From contig NC_068982.1 in NCBI RefSeq assembly GCF_001194135.2, positions 32,941,423 to 33,005,422 of the forward strand: 64,000 nt of DNA. The letters are read 5' to 3'. Positions 36,128-48,843 of the stretch are shown here, piece by piece (the stretch's first letter is position 1; every line of letters starts with the position of its first letter). The notes under the pieces were generated by a model. The model did no database searches, had not been told where the DNA came from, and saw nothing but the letters and a program-made list of their open reading frames with translations. Position numbers and translations under genes: made by a program. Source of the DNA: Octopus bimaculoides. Taxonomy: Eukaryota.

Positions 36128-36377
36128 CTATTCGAGAGCATACATTAGTTCTGACTGAAAAACTCCCTTGCTTGCACAAGTTTCTCCCACCACGTATCAG
36201 CTCCCTAACAGTTTGTTTGAATTAATTTTTATGATACAAAAGAACTCCAGTTTCTACGGATATTGGTATTACTTTCTGGTTCCTTATCCGTCAACGGCAA
36301 CCTGACAGAATCTTTATCTTGTCAGACAAAGGAAAAAGCAAAAATAACTGACCTGCATTTCTTCCGGCTCTCTACGT

Positions 36378-36575
36378 GCTGAGGTCAATTTTGTCTTTCA
36401 TCTTTCGGGGTCGATATCTGTCAAGTATGTCCACCCCACCTCATCAAAATTGCTGGCCTTGGACAGTGCAACGGACCAGCATCCCGTTCTAGTGAGATGT
36501 TAGATTTCTGTCACTTATACGCCATGGAAACCAGATAACTTGGCCTTGAGCGTCCTAGCGCTCAAGAAAATAAAA
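36378..36575 (+). mobile_element. Chimeric SINE fragments: family-1 core joined to a different SINE 3' end with a terminal stem-loop
   Basis: CTTTCATCTTTCGGGGTCGAT, then GGACCAGCATCCCGTTC..CACTTATACGCCATGGAAACC, then hairpin CTTGAGCG/CGCTCAAG and an A-rich tail. Confidence 0.6.
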
Positions 36576-37050
36576 GGCAACAATATTGTCGTGTTGCGTC
36601 CTTGATGACGACGCTTAAATCCAGTATTATTTCGACCGATGAATGTATGAATAAGCGCAATGCTTAGTTTCAGCTTTATCTGCGTTGTGCTAAATCATTG
36701 TATGGTTAAGAGGTCTTGTTTTTCGTGCGATTACAATATTGATTTCACTTCAGCCGGTTGGCATGGGGTATGAATGAGGTACACGCACAGCGATCCCACT
36801 GGAAACCAATTCTATCAACACCACCCAACTACATACACACGCAAGCATACATTTGTAGTATATTCATTAGCATAAGAAATATCAAACACAACGACGACTC
36901 TCTGAAAGAAGCAAGTAATGATGTTAGAGAAATTTTTCTCCGAGAGAAAGTGGAATTATTGAGAATTAATGCTACTGAAACAGTAATGCGAGTTGGGTGG
37001 GGTTTTCTATAAAAACATGCGCCTCTGTGTAATATGATATTATACATATT

Positions 37051-37097
<47 letters not shown>

Positions 37098-37336
37098 ATA
37101 TATANNNNNNNNNNNNNNNNNNNNNNNNNNNNNNNNNNNNNNNNNNNNNNNNNNNNNNNNNNNNNNNNNNNNNNNNNNNNNNNNNNNNNNNNNNNNNNNN
37201 NNNNNNNNNNNNNNNNNNNNNNNNNNNNNNNNNNNNNNNNNNNNNNNNNNNNNNNNNNNNNNNNNNNNNNNNNNNNNNNNNNNNNNNNNNNNNNNNNNNN
37301 NNNNNNNNNNNNNNNNNNNNNNNNNNNNNNNNNNNN

Positions 37337-37370
<34 letters not shown>

Positions 37371-37395
37371 TATATAAAGGGTAGATAGATACATT

Positions 37396-37426
<31 letters not shown>

Positions 37427-37921
37427 GTACATGTATTATACATAGACGGTTAAATTTTAAATTATATGCACATGCACACACATAGACGCACGCACACATA
37501 CACACACATTTGGGCTATAAATTTAAACAAGCGAAAGGAACTAGAAAAATGCCTCCTGAGCCAAGATTTCATCATACAAACCGGCAATTTGTTGTTCAAA
37601 GAGACATAATGTTTCTAAGTATTAAGTAAGTCACTAGCACCATTGAGGTCAAAAAAATTAAGAGATGCGTCTATATATTAAGCATGTTGTTATCAAACAA
37701 ATTCTTATTATTCTCCAAGTGAAAGCTTCTTTGCTCGTGTAAACAGGATTTTCTTCCGTAGTCAAATCATACTTCAACTATTAACACAAATTCCATATTT
37801 ATAACTACGATCTCTCATAACATTTCATTTATAATGAACACAGTGTGCTTAATTTCTTTGAGACATTGTGTGTGTATGAAAATCATATTTCTGAGCTAAT
37901 TTGTGTTATTAAGTTAGATAT

Positions 37922-38657
37922 ATAGGCGCAGACGTAGCTGTGGGGTAAGAAGTTCGCTTCCTAACCACGTGGTTCCGGATTCAGTACCGCTGAGTGGAAC
38001 TTGGATAAGTGTCTTCTACTGTAGCCCTGGGCTGACCAAAGCCTTGAGAGTGGATGTGGTAATCGGAAACTGAAAGAAGTCCGTCGAGTATGTGTATGTG
38101 TGCGTGTGTGTGTGTGCGTCCCATTATCGCCTGACAACTGGTATTGATTTGTTTATATCCCCGTAATCAAGCAGTTCAGTAAAAGAGACCGACAAAGTAA
38201 GTACTACGCTTAAAAACAAGTACTGGGATCGATTCATTCAACTAAAACAGTGGTTCTCAACCGGGGTCCATGAGGCCCCTGAGGTTCCATATAAGATTTT
38301 GGGGTCCACACAACAAATTAATAGATTGGGGATCCACAATAGAATTTTAAGGGCTCCTGAAAAAAATTTGCTTTAGATGAGCGTTTGGCAAGAAACCGTG
38401 AGGTTTCTTCCTGTAACATTTTATATAGTTAAGCCTACATAGCCTGTGCGAAAAACAGAATAGGAATTTTGGAAGAAGTTTCTTTAAAACTAGCTTTTAA
38501 ATATTGAGCGCCTATGGTGGTTGGGGGGGTCAACCAAAATAAAATAGTTATCAAAGGGGGTCCATAGATAAAAATATTTGAGAATCCCTGGACTAAAACT
38601 ATTCAAGGCAGCGTCCCAGCATAGCTGCAATGTAATGACTGAAATAAGTAAAATATA
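37922..38657 (+). mobile_element. SINE family 2 interrupted by a hAT MITE
   Basis: Head 37922-38090, (TG)n, 3' body split at 38248-38590. Confidence 0.9.
38248..38590. mobile_element. hAT (Charlie-like) MITE
   Basis: TIRs CAGTGGTTCTCAA / TTGAGAATCCCTG; 8-bp TSD AACTAAAA / GACTAAAA. Confidence 0.88.
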
Positions 38658-39249
38658 AATGCTACATTTCAGAGACCGTATTTTCCGGATACAAATCGAA
38701 TCTTTTAGACAAAATTTTACAACCTTTGGGTAAGTCGACTTATACACCAAATTTAGGAAGACCAAAAGCTCCAAGTGAAACGCAACAGGATTTGGAAGGA
38801 TACTGACGCTGTTTGAATGTTGACACTACGTGTTTACACTATTTTTGATATGTCGACTTAAATTTGTGAAGAAAATATAACAAATTAGTGTCATATGTTG
38901 TGAAAGATAGGGAATATCGACGTTTCAAACAAGGAGTTCGTAGCGAAGGTAGAGAAAATAAAAGTTTTTGTTTTTAATCTAAGAACAAATTGTTTACATG
39001 CGTTACTGATGAAGCTTGGGTGTTTATTGTGAAACGGGAGTAGACAACTGTGGTTTCTAGTAGAAGAGAGTGTTGAAGTCATTGAGTGACGGTCGATCAG
39101 ATATGAAAAGGAAATATGAAGGGAATAGATTGTTGTGATGAACTATGTTAAAGGAAGTATGAGTGAATGAACCATGTTAGAGGAAGTATGTTAGAGGAAG
39201 CATGAGTGAATGCGTGGAAAAAGGAAAGAGTGAAAGCATGTGTGAAAAC

Positions 39250-39800
39250 AGAAACTTCTGTGTGTGGACGGTTACATAAAGAATTCTACCAAATGTGGTA
39301 ATGATCAGAGAGAAGCTAATCGAGTAGTAATTTAAGATGGAGAAACCGTTTCCAAACAGGATATCAATCGCTCTGGTGTCAAGCCAGGGTCAAGAAAGCC
39401 ATAGTATTGGAGAGAATCAGAGACGACAAAAAAGTAAAATAGTGAGTATGGCCGGTTGAAATAATATGCAATGGATTGTTGAGTTCTGCTGCATTACACG
39501 TTTAGTAAATGCTTTCTGAATCGGGCAAATACCTTTCAACTGATTTTGCGAGACCATAAAATTGGTATTTAATGCAATAGATTTCAAGCTTGAAGGTGCA
39601 AGTGAATCGATCAGTGACTTTGGAAGTATACTTGGATTGTGTTAAACAGTAATTTTCTGGATAACACACCAAAGGGGCAAATTTTAAAGTGGAAACAAAC
39701 CAACTATCCAGGTTTAGTGTGTCAACGTGTGAATAATTGTAAAAAAAAACAGATGGTCAAGCACATTACGGAAATCAAAAAGGATTTCTAACGGAAGGGA
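39250..39800 (-). mobile_element. Possible very old CR1/L2-like LINE remnant
   Basis: Only weak colinear resemblance (RP.L.Y, RRLASL-like segments); heavily decayed. Confidence 0.3.
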
Positions 39801-41353
39801 GTATGTCTTACGGAAAGATGTGGGAAGTAACTAAATCGGAATGGAGTTGATAAAAGTTATGGGAGATAGAATACTGAACGCGTCGGTGATGGGTTAGACG
39901 GTGAGTTAAAGGAAATGCAATTGCTGGTGGTGCAGATACGGAGTAGGAGAGCAATTGCCCCACACTCACACACTCTGAGTCTTATACCTACACTTACATA
40001 TACCGCTCTGTTCACAAATACAGCTGTTTTCACTCTCAAGCTGTTCGTTCTTTTATCACACGCATATTTTCGTATTAATTCTTATCCATCACTTCACATT
40101 TACTGCTTTCACGCAGCTTGGCAATGCATCCTTCCCCCACTCTCTATTCGTTTTCCGCATAATTGACAACCACTCATCGCCAGTGGTCCTCCTCTACCAG
40201 AGACAGCCATGCTCCCGTTTGCTTCCGTTCCGCCATACCAACAATGCTTATTCAAAAATTCACTTAAAATCGTCATTTTTTTTTTTGTCTCAAACATTGC
40301 CCTTCTCTGTATTGATAAAGACCTTCTTGCATAAAACATTGATACCTCTTCCTTTTTTTCACAAGATAATACGCAAATATAACCTTCTTTAAACTTTGCT
40401 TTGTTGTGTTTTTCTAAGTCACAATTTTTTCTATTTAGTCTATCTTCACTGAGACAGGCAGATGACTAAACTCTCCGGATTCTAGATTACATATGAATGT
40501 TCAGCTGTTTAGGGATGGTGGTTATTATTTTCTTAGACAAGTGCCAAAAATCTGCTCTTTACATTTTCTCGTCTCATTCAATGAAAGAAAGAGTAAGCCT
40601 CCTGCTGATAGATTATCTAAAGAACTAATAATGTATATTTCTTTGACAAGTCACACAATATTATTTTTCCATTTGCACCGTTCAACTACATCGTTTACCT
40701 GCATAATGTCTTTTTCTTATCTATATCTTCAATTTCATAACATTTTATATTGGTACTTGTACAGCTAAAGATCTATGACTTGATACTCATCAATATGGTT
40801 TACTTGCTTCCCAAGGTGTATGAATATCTAATTTCCGAACCAACAAGAGAGCCTATATGCCGTTGCTCGATTCCACTTGCTAGTAATGGCGGCCAAACAC
40901 TACTCAAACCATACCCTATTGTCTTCCAAAAGGAAAGAAATATTGGGTAATGTGTTACTGAATGCATACTGACGGAAATAAAAACAAATAATCACAGCTT
41001 GGTTAGCTTTGAACATAGCTTTGCTTGAAATATTGATACCACTTCCTAAGCAACTATAAAATAACGCTCTGATGCCATTTCCACTAAATTGTGGGCACTT
41101 AGTGGAACACTACAGTAGTGAGACTGGTACAAGCACTAATTGATATTTTAGTTTTAGTGTCTTCCTTGCTTCCAGTACTAAATTCCTATCCTCTCAATGG
41201 ATACGTAAGTGGAAATTAATTTAAGATAACATCAGCACTTAAAGCCATCCATTGGCTTATTCAAGGATAACTGAGACTATTGAAAGATTCTTCGTTTGTG
41301 AGAAATATAAAATATTGAAAATATGAAGTAAAATAGGGACCAGCTATCACCCC

Positions 41354-41557
41354 TTTTATCTTCTATTTTTAACTTGTTGCAGTCCATGGACTGTGGCCAC
41401 CCTGAACCACCGATTTGAAGGGGTTTAGTCGAACAAATCGACCCCAGTACTTTTGCTTTGTTTTCCCTTAAATCTAGTACTTATTCTATTGATCTCTTAA
41501 GCCGAACTACTAAGCTAGAGAATTAAGCAAACTAACACCTACTGTCAAGTAGTGGAG

Positions 41558-41595
<38 letters not shown>

Positions 41596-41775
41596 GTATG
41601 TATGTATGTATGTATACGACGCACTTCTACACACAGTTTCCGTCTACCAAATGCATTCATAAAACATTAGTTAGTCAACTCGAGGCTCTAGTAGAAGACG
41701 TTTGCTCAAAGTGCAGCGCAGTGGGATTGAACGAGAAGCAACGTGATTGCAAAGCGAGCTTCTTAACGACACCGA
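41354..41775 (-). mobile_element. SINE family 2, full length, with internal (CA)n/(TATG)n
   Basis: Both halves present in reverse orientation with no gap. Confidence 0.88.
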
Positions 41776-42977
41776 AGTCTATTTAACGGTATTATTTTCC
41801 TTAAAGGTACACCCTTTAGAAATGAACTTGAATATTTTGTTAAAAAATAGCCAATAACATGCTCTTGAATTCCGTTATATGAGGCTGATGAATAAATCGC
41901 TAAATAAACTCAAATCCTGGTGTTGCTGATTGTCATACAGAAAATTTCTTACATTCGAAAATCATTAAACCTACGAAGAAATTAACTGCATTAGTTTCTA
42001 CAATTTAAGCAACAGAGCTAATCTAAATATCTTACTCTTTTTATTATTTTCATTAATATGTCGTTAACATCAAATTTTAAACAAAAAACAGTCTCTATGC
42101 AGTCACAAAGCCTGCTAGAAATAACAAATGAAATTGCCTCAAATTATGCTCTCCCGTTATAACGAAGGATTGATACATTGAATAATATACTCCCAGCAAT
42201 TACAGCAAGATGGATGGTCACGTCTAGAACGGTTTTTGGCCATACATCTTCTCAATCAGAACGGAGCTGGGATTAAATCACAACTTGAAAAAGTGCAACG
42301 TAGAATTGGTTTCTTGAGATATAAAATTACCAAGGTTTAAAACTGTCATGGGAAAACTGTGGCCCACGGGACTTTTTGAATGGCACGCCTAACAAAAAAA
42401 TTACTTTGCGACCCACCTGGTGATGAACCATATTTCAATCGGCCTGCTTCTCATAAATGGTTACACATGTTTAGTTTAAAGAATCATTGTATAGTAAAAC
42501 TGTTTCACAGCAATTACAACTAAACTAAACAATGCACAAAACTGTTACAATTTCATAATAAAATAATTTGAAAATTTCTCCTCCTCTGCTTTCTCCCCTT
42601 GCTTGTATTTATTTCTTACTGTGTGCAAAACCAAAAGGCAGTCCTTCTAAATAAAATCCCATGAATTCTGCACCCGTTACATATCAATGACATTTGATAT
42701 CCGTAATACCCTGATATGCAACATGAAATCAAAATTCGGTCAGAATCAACATATGTTTTAGTTGTAAGTTACAGTACCTTTTCTTTCTTTTCTGTTATAT
42801 ATATATATATACATTTTTTGCATCTTTTATCATGTTTTTTTAATTTTATTTTTGCTTCGGTTAGCATGTCATTTTAATTTCTTACTGTTTCACATATAAC
42901 AAACATATTGACATATTGTCACACATATGCATCCCGTTAGTAACTTCTTAACATTTCGGTTTCTTTTTACGTGAAAC

Positions 42978-42978
42978 A

Positions 42979-43052
<74 letters not shown>

Positions 43053-43059
43053 CGATCAC

Positions 43060-43090
<31 letters not shown>

Positions 43091-43092
43091 TT
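42978..43092. repeat. (TAA)n plus (GAT)n microsatellite
   Basis: Direct reading of the sequence. Confidence 0.97.
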
Positions 43093-43569
43093 GCATGCTT
43101 CAGCCCACTACAAATGCAGCTAACGGTAATTTTGCAGGTGTAATCCATCCTGCCTAAAATGTCGGTGGCTTAATACCAAGATAATTGGTGTATATAAAAG
43201 AACTACTGTTCATTTTTAAAACTGTTAGATGCCTTGCTCTAACTGTCTTTACTAACATGTCTTATGTTAGCTGTTTTTAACAACTATGTTATCATGAAAC
43301 TCAAAGCGAGCAGGAAATGAATGTATTTGTTGGCAGTCAGATTAAAGTTGTGGTTTAAAAAAAAAATTTTAAGTTTAAAAATATTAATTTCATTAATTAA
43401 TCTACATATAAAATTACATATTCAAATAAGTAGCATGCTGCACCATACATCTGTGCATGTATACATATGATGCATTTATGTGTATGTGCGTATTTGTGTA
43501 GGGAACATTCGTGTATGTGAAACATAGATGTATGTACATGTTTTTGTGTGTGGCTGTGTATAGATATAA

Positions 43570-43621
43570 TGTATGTGTATATATGTATGTACACACACAG
43601 AGACATACACACACACACGTC

Positions 43622-43672
<51 letters not shown>

Positions 43673-43710
43673 AATACATAAATATATATATGTATATATA
43701 TATGTATGTA

Positions 43711-43779
<69 letters not shown>

Positions 43780-43810
43780 ATATATACCTATATATACGTA
43801 TATATATAAA
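43570..43810. repeat. Compound (TA)n/(TG)n microsatellite
   Basis: Direct reading of the sequence. Confidence 0.95.
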
Positions 43811-44020
43811 TTCATTTATTTATTTATTTATACAAACGTAGGGCAGCACTAGCTGTGATATTTTCTTTCGTTGAGAAGTTTCTGTAAGGCAGATTAGTAC
43901 ATTTAGCGCCGCTCCACGTTTGTATGTACATTATGTTATACACACGCACGCACATACAAACGCGCGCGCGCGCGTATATATAGAGAGAGCGATATCATTC
44001 ACTTATGTGTGTGTGTGAGT

Positions 44021-44078
<58 letters not shown>

Positions 44079-45090
44079 AATGCATATATATAATTTGATA
44101 CCTTATACATTCGGGAATGCCCGAATGAATAAGGTATCAAATTGGCAGAGCTAACTAAGCCTGAGGGTTCACTTCTTGTTATAGACATGTTATTTTTCGT
44201 CTCTACGTAAAACATGCCATATTACATGTCTCAGCTTTGCAAACAGCAGGTTCCTGTCTTACTTAGAATATAATTTGTAAGGATTTTCATATTACTATAA
44301 AAATAGGGAAACGATAAAAATGGTTTTATATTTCCTTGTTTATCTGTATTAATTTTAATATTTTTTATTCTTCTTATGGTATTTTGGGAAATCTAAAATT
44401 TAGTGTGTTTCACAGTTTACATATCAAATAACCATTTTTCATAAAGTCAGATACGTGAAAATATTACCGTTTCGAATATTGTGCCTTCCATGTGATATAT
44501 GCTGTGCATTTAATCTGTAGAAAATGTTGTGTTCTTGTAGATACAGAGTTTCCTCTTTAAATACGTCATTATCAAACTTCAATCTCGTCAACATCAGTCA
44601 AAAATTCGTTAACGTTAAGCGTTAGTTTTGTTATCTTCGGTTTCGATTATACTATCATCTCTCTTGGTTTCGGCATCGTCAACTTTGATTTTGTTACTGT
44701 CGACTCAGAGTCATCACTGAAGGATGGAACGAATTGCTTTTAGGAACAGACATTGATATCAAGGATTACTCACCGCAGAATTCTAAACAGAATGTAAACT
44801 TTAAAATGTTTTGTATAGGATTACAAGTTTTGTATAATAAAATGTGCCACACTCTTCATTTTTGTAAACACACATACATTTAGTTCTAAATATTCTATTA
44901 TATCCATTTACATCACGACAAAGATATAAATAGATAACAGCAGCTTAACAGTATATATGTTCCAAACATATATGATTATTTGATTATCTCCCTTTATTGA
45001 TATTCATTCGAGTCTGTTGTTCTATCCGAGTATTAATCCCGTAAGCAATTTTTACAGAAGCAGTACCACACCCACTTTAAAGTAACTAAA

Positions 45091-45405
45091 TGGCACTCCG
45101 TCGGTTACGACGACGAGGATTCCAGTTATTCTGATCAGCGGAGCCGCCTCTACGTGAAAATTATGTGTAAGTGACTGAGCACTACACAGACACGTGTACC
45201 CTTAACGTGGTTCTCAGGGATATTCAGCGTGACAGAGTGTGACAAGGCTAACCCTTCTAACTACCGCTACTACTCATTTTTGCCAGCTGATTTGACTGGA
45301 GTAACCTGAAATAAAGTGTCTCAAGGACACAACACGTTGCTGAGAATTGAACTCACGACCTTACGACTGTGAGCCGAATACCCTAACCACTAAGCCGCGC
45401 GCCTT
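45091..45405 (-). mobile_element. SINE family 3, full length
   Basis: Head GGCGCGCGGCTTAGTGGTTAGGG..GAGTTCAATTC; tail GTCGTCGTAACCGACGGAGTGCCA; homologous to 61465-61775. Confidence 0.92.
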
Positions 45406-45473
45406 CACCCACTGTAACATATACATACATATATAGATATGTATAATATACATACATAGATATGTGTGTGTGT

Positions 45474-45513
<40 letters not shown>

Positions 45514-46531
45514 ATACACACACGTGCGCACACATACACACATACATGTGCATGAGTGCAATTAGTGCGTGTGATTGTGTCTGTGCACGTACATATATAA
45601 CGTCTGCACTAGGATGTGTTATTGCGGGCGCTGAAGTGTGAACAAGAAAGAGAAATAGTGAACTCAACATCATAAGTTAGAAGGAAAAGTGACATCTTAT
45701 AAGATGAAATCTGTCACAAATTTGTTACTCTGGGTTTCATACACCTGATCTTCGGACAAAAATAAAGTAAACAGAACATTGGAAATATATTAAAAGATAA
45801 CCTGAAGAACTAATCAAATCAAATACCGAACACAAGTTTGGTGAAATTAGTCTCTTCTAAATCCTTTTCATTTCTTTTGTTCTTCGTCAAAGTTGGTATA
45901 ATCATATTAATGAAGAAATGAATATTGGAGCATGAATGGAAGATGAGCAGAAGAGGAGAAAGATGAAAGAAGGGAAAAGAAAGAAGGAAAAGATGAGTGA
46001 AGAGGAGGAGGAGGAGGAGGAGGTGGAGGAGNNNNNNNNNNNNNNNNNNNNNNNNNNNNNNNNNNNNNNNNNNNNNNNNNNNNNNNNNNNNNNNNNNNNN
46101 NNNNNNNNNNNNNNNNNNNNNNNNNNNNNNNNNNNNNNNNNNNNNNNNNNNNNNNNNNNNNNNNNNNNNNNNNNNNNNNNNNNNNNNNNNNNNNNNNNNN
46201 NNNNNNNNNNNNNNNNNNNNNNNNNNNNNNNNNNNNNNNNNNNNNNNNNNNNNNNNNNNNNNNNNNNNNNNNNNNNNNNNNNNNNNNNNNNNNNNNNNNN
46301 NNNNNNNNNNNNNNNNNNNNNNNNNNNNNNNNNNNNNNNNNNNNNNNNNNNNNNNNNNNNNNNNNNNNNNNNNNNNNNNNNNNNNNNNNNNNNNNNNNNN
46401 NNNNNNNNNNNNNNNNNNNNNNNNNNNNNNNNNNNNNNNNNNNNNNNNNNNNNNNNNNNNNNNNNNNNNNNNNNNNNNNNNNNNNNNNNNNNNNNNNNNN
46501 NNNNNNNNNNNNNNNNNNNNNNNNNNNNNNN

Positions 46532-46632
46532 AGAGAGAGAGAGAGAGAGTGAGAGGGAGAGTGAGAGAGAGAGTGAGAGAGAGAGTGAGAGAGAGAGTGA
46601 GAGAGAGAGTGAGAGAGAGAGTGAGAGAGAGA
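46532..46632. repeat. (GA)n with periodic GT interruptions
   Basis: Direct reading of the sequence. Confidence 0.93.
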
Positions 46633-47309
46633 TAATCACATGCAGACATATATAAATATATCTCTCTATATATATATGCACACACACACACATACACAAG
46701 AGGGAGTGATTGCGTGTGTGTGTGCGTGCGCGTGTGCTTGTTTCAACACCAAGACATTCTGATACATGTTTATATTTGGGTATATCGCTTTGTGCATGCG
46801 AAATCCTGCAATTGCTGAAGGTTCTCGAACTATTTTCTCATAAACAGTAGTGAGAGGAGAAGTAAGATATTATGCAGGAATGCGGGACCTACTATGCACT
46901 ACTTGAGGGAATAGCATTCCATTGAGAGTGGTAGTTATTTGAAGATATCAACTTATTCTTCAGGTAGTTTCATTGTAAAAGCTTTCTGTCATATGAATCT
47001 TTACGTCGTCATCCTATTAAGTTATAGATAGTAATATTCTGTTTCCTTTGAAGTATGGGTCTTTGGTAAATCTTATGCCAGTTGCGATGATAATAATGTT
47101 ATGCTATTGCATAAGGGTGATGGAATGGTGTTGCAGAATAAGTAGATCACATGCGAAGAATTCATAGTGCATATCTAGGTCATCTTAACCTTTCGCTCCT
47201 CTAGTAACGATAAAATTAAAAAAATAGTTCACTATTGCAGTCTATATCATCGATTATTTCCCCTTGCCTTTGGTTTTGTTAGAAACCAATATTTTATCAT
47301 GGCGTAAGT

Positions 47310-47500
47310 GTGGTGGACTGACAAGATTTTAGCGTTTTAGATTAAATGTTAGTTATGGTCCCTTACGTCTTGAGATCAAATCTCACTGAGGTCAGCTTCC
47401 CCTTGCACTTTTTTACTAAAACAATGAAATAAGTTTCAGTCAAGTATCGGCATCGAGTCATCGACTATTTCCTAAATCTTTAGCAATGAACCTATGTTAA
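47310..47500 (+). mobile_element. SINE family 1, old and degenerate
   Basis: TTGAGATCAAATCTCACTGAGGTCAGCTT. Confidence 0.55.
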
Positions 47501-47760
47501 ATAGGAAAAAAAAGTAAATGTTTAATGTACAAATAAACAACGGTTAAAAAGTACTGAATACTGATAGTAAATAACGAATACGCTGAATGAATGAATGAAT
47601 ACGGGAATACAGTTTCAGAATTCAGAATTCCTCATTCGAAACCTTGAATGTTATCAAGGATTCGAATTATGAAACTTTGGTTCAACAATGTCCTTAAATA
47701 TATCCACTGTTAACTTTTTTCTATTGACCTATGCTAACAATCAGTATTATATCATGGTAT

Positions 47761-47980
47761 TAAGGCAGCGAGCAGGTAGAATCGTTAGCACGCCGGGCAA
47801 AATGCTTAGCGGCATTTTTTCCGTCTTTTACGTTCTGAGTTCAAATTCCACCGAGGTCGACTTTGCCATTCATCCTCTAGAGGTCGATATAATAAGTACC
47901 AGACGAGCGCTGGGGTTGACGTAATCGATTTAGTCCCTTCTCTGAAATTACTAGCCTTGTTCCAAAATGTAAAACCAATA
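47761..47980 (+). mobile_element. SINE family 1, full length
   Basis: Near-consensus head, core and tail. Confidence 0.93.
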
Positions 47981-47993
47981 TTACACTATAGGA

Positions 47994-48210
47994 AAGGCGG
48001 TGAGATGGCACAATCATTAGCATTCCGGGCAAAATCCTTAGCGGCATTTCGTCCGTCTTCACGTTCTGAGTTCAAATCCAACCGAGTTCGACTTTGTCTT
48101 TTATTCACTCTGGGTCGATAAAATGCGTACCAGTTGCACACTGGAGTGGATGTAATCGACTAGCCGCTTTTCCCGAAGTTTCAGACCTTGGGCCTATAGC
48201 AAAAATGAAT
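47994..48210 (+). mobile_element. SINE family 1, full length, tandem to the previous copy
   Basis: Near-consensus; alternative tail GCCTATAGC. Confidence 0.92.
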
Positions 48211-48224
48211 ACTGTACCATAATT

Positions 48225-48355
48225 TGAGGGTGACGGTTTGGCAGAATATATAAAGTGTAGAGTGATGCTTAGTTGCATATTTTTCTGAGTTCAACTCTTC
48301 ACAAGGTTAACTTTGCTTTTAGTCCCATTGGATATGATAAAATATTAACAGTTAA
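48225..48355 (+). mobile_element. SINE family 1, degenerate
   Basis: TTGGCAGAAT..CTGAGTTCAAC..GTTAACTTTGC..GATAAAAT. Confidence 0.6.
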
Positions 48356-48624
48356 ATTGTTTTTTCGTTATTCTTAATCAGCTACATCAGTATTTCTCAT
48401 GTTAGTCTGTAATATCACTTTTAGGTATTAGAGCCTATTTTGAAAAACACATGAAATGAAAATATCAGGAGTATTACATTAATATCTCACATTACAACTC
48501 TAATGTGGTGTTGATGAGTGCTGATAATTTTACAAGCTCAAAAGGACGTTTTTGTGCAAAATACGTTTTGAGCCACTGAACTACACTCAGAATTTGTGAC
48601 TTTGTTTCTAGGTTCAAAATGAAT

Positions 48625-48843
48625 ATTAGCTTTAAATTTTGGCACAAGTCCAGCAATCTCAGGGAAGGGGTTAAGTTGATTACATCAACCCCAGTGCATA
48701 ACTAGTACTTATTTTATCGACTTCGAAAGGATGAAAAGTAAAGTCGATCTCGGCAGAATTTGAGCCCAGAACGCAAAAACAGACGAAATGCCGCTAAGCA
48801 TTTTGTCCTGGCGTGCTAACGATTCTGCCTGCTTGACGCCTTT
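48625..48843 (-). mobile_element. SINE family 1, full length, inverted relative to its neighbours
   Basis: Reverse-oriented head, core and tail. Confidence 0.92.

Noticed and set aside
39145-39212. Short tandem duplications of ATGTTAGAGGAAGTATG
   Set aside because: Ordinary slippage duplication; no sign of function.
45091-45405. tRNA genes suggested by A/B boxes
   Set aside because: They are SINE heads; there is no full cloverleaf and they continue into repeated bodies.
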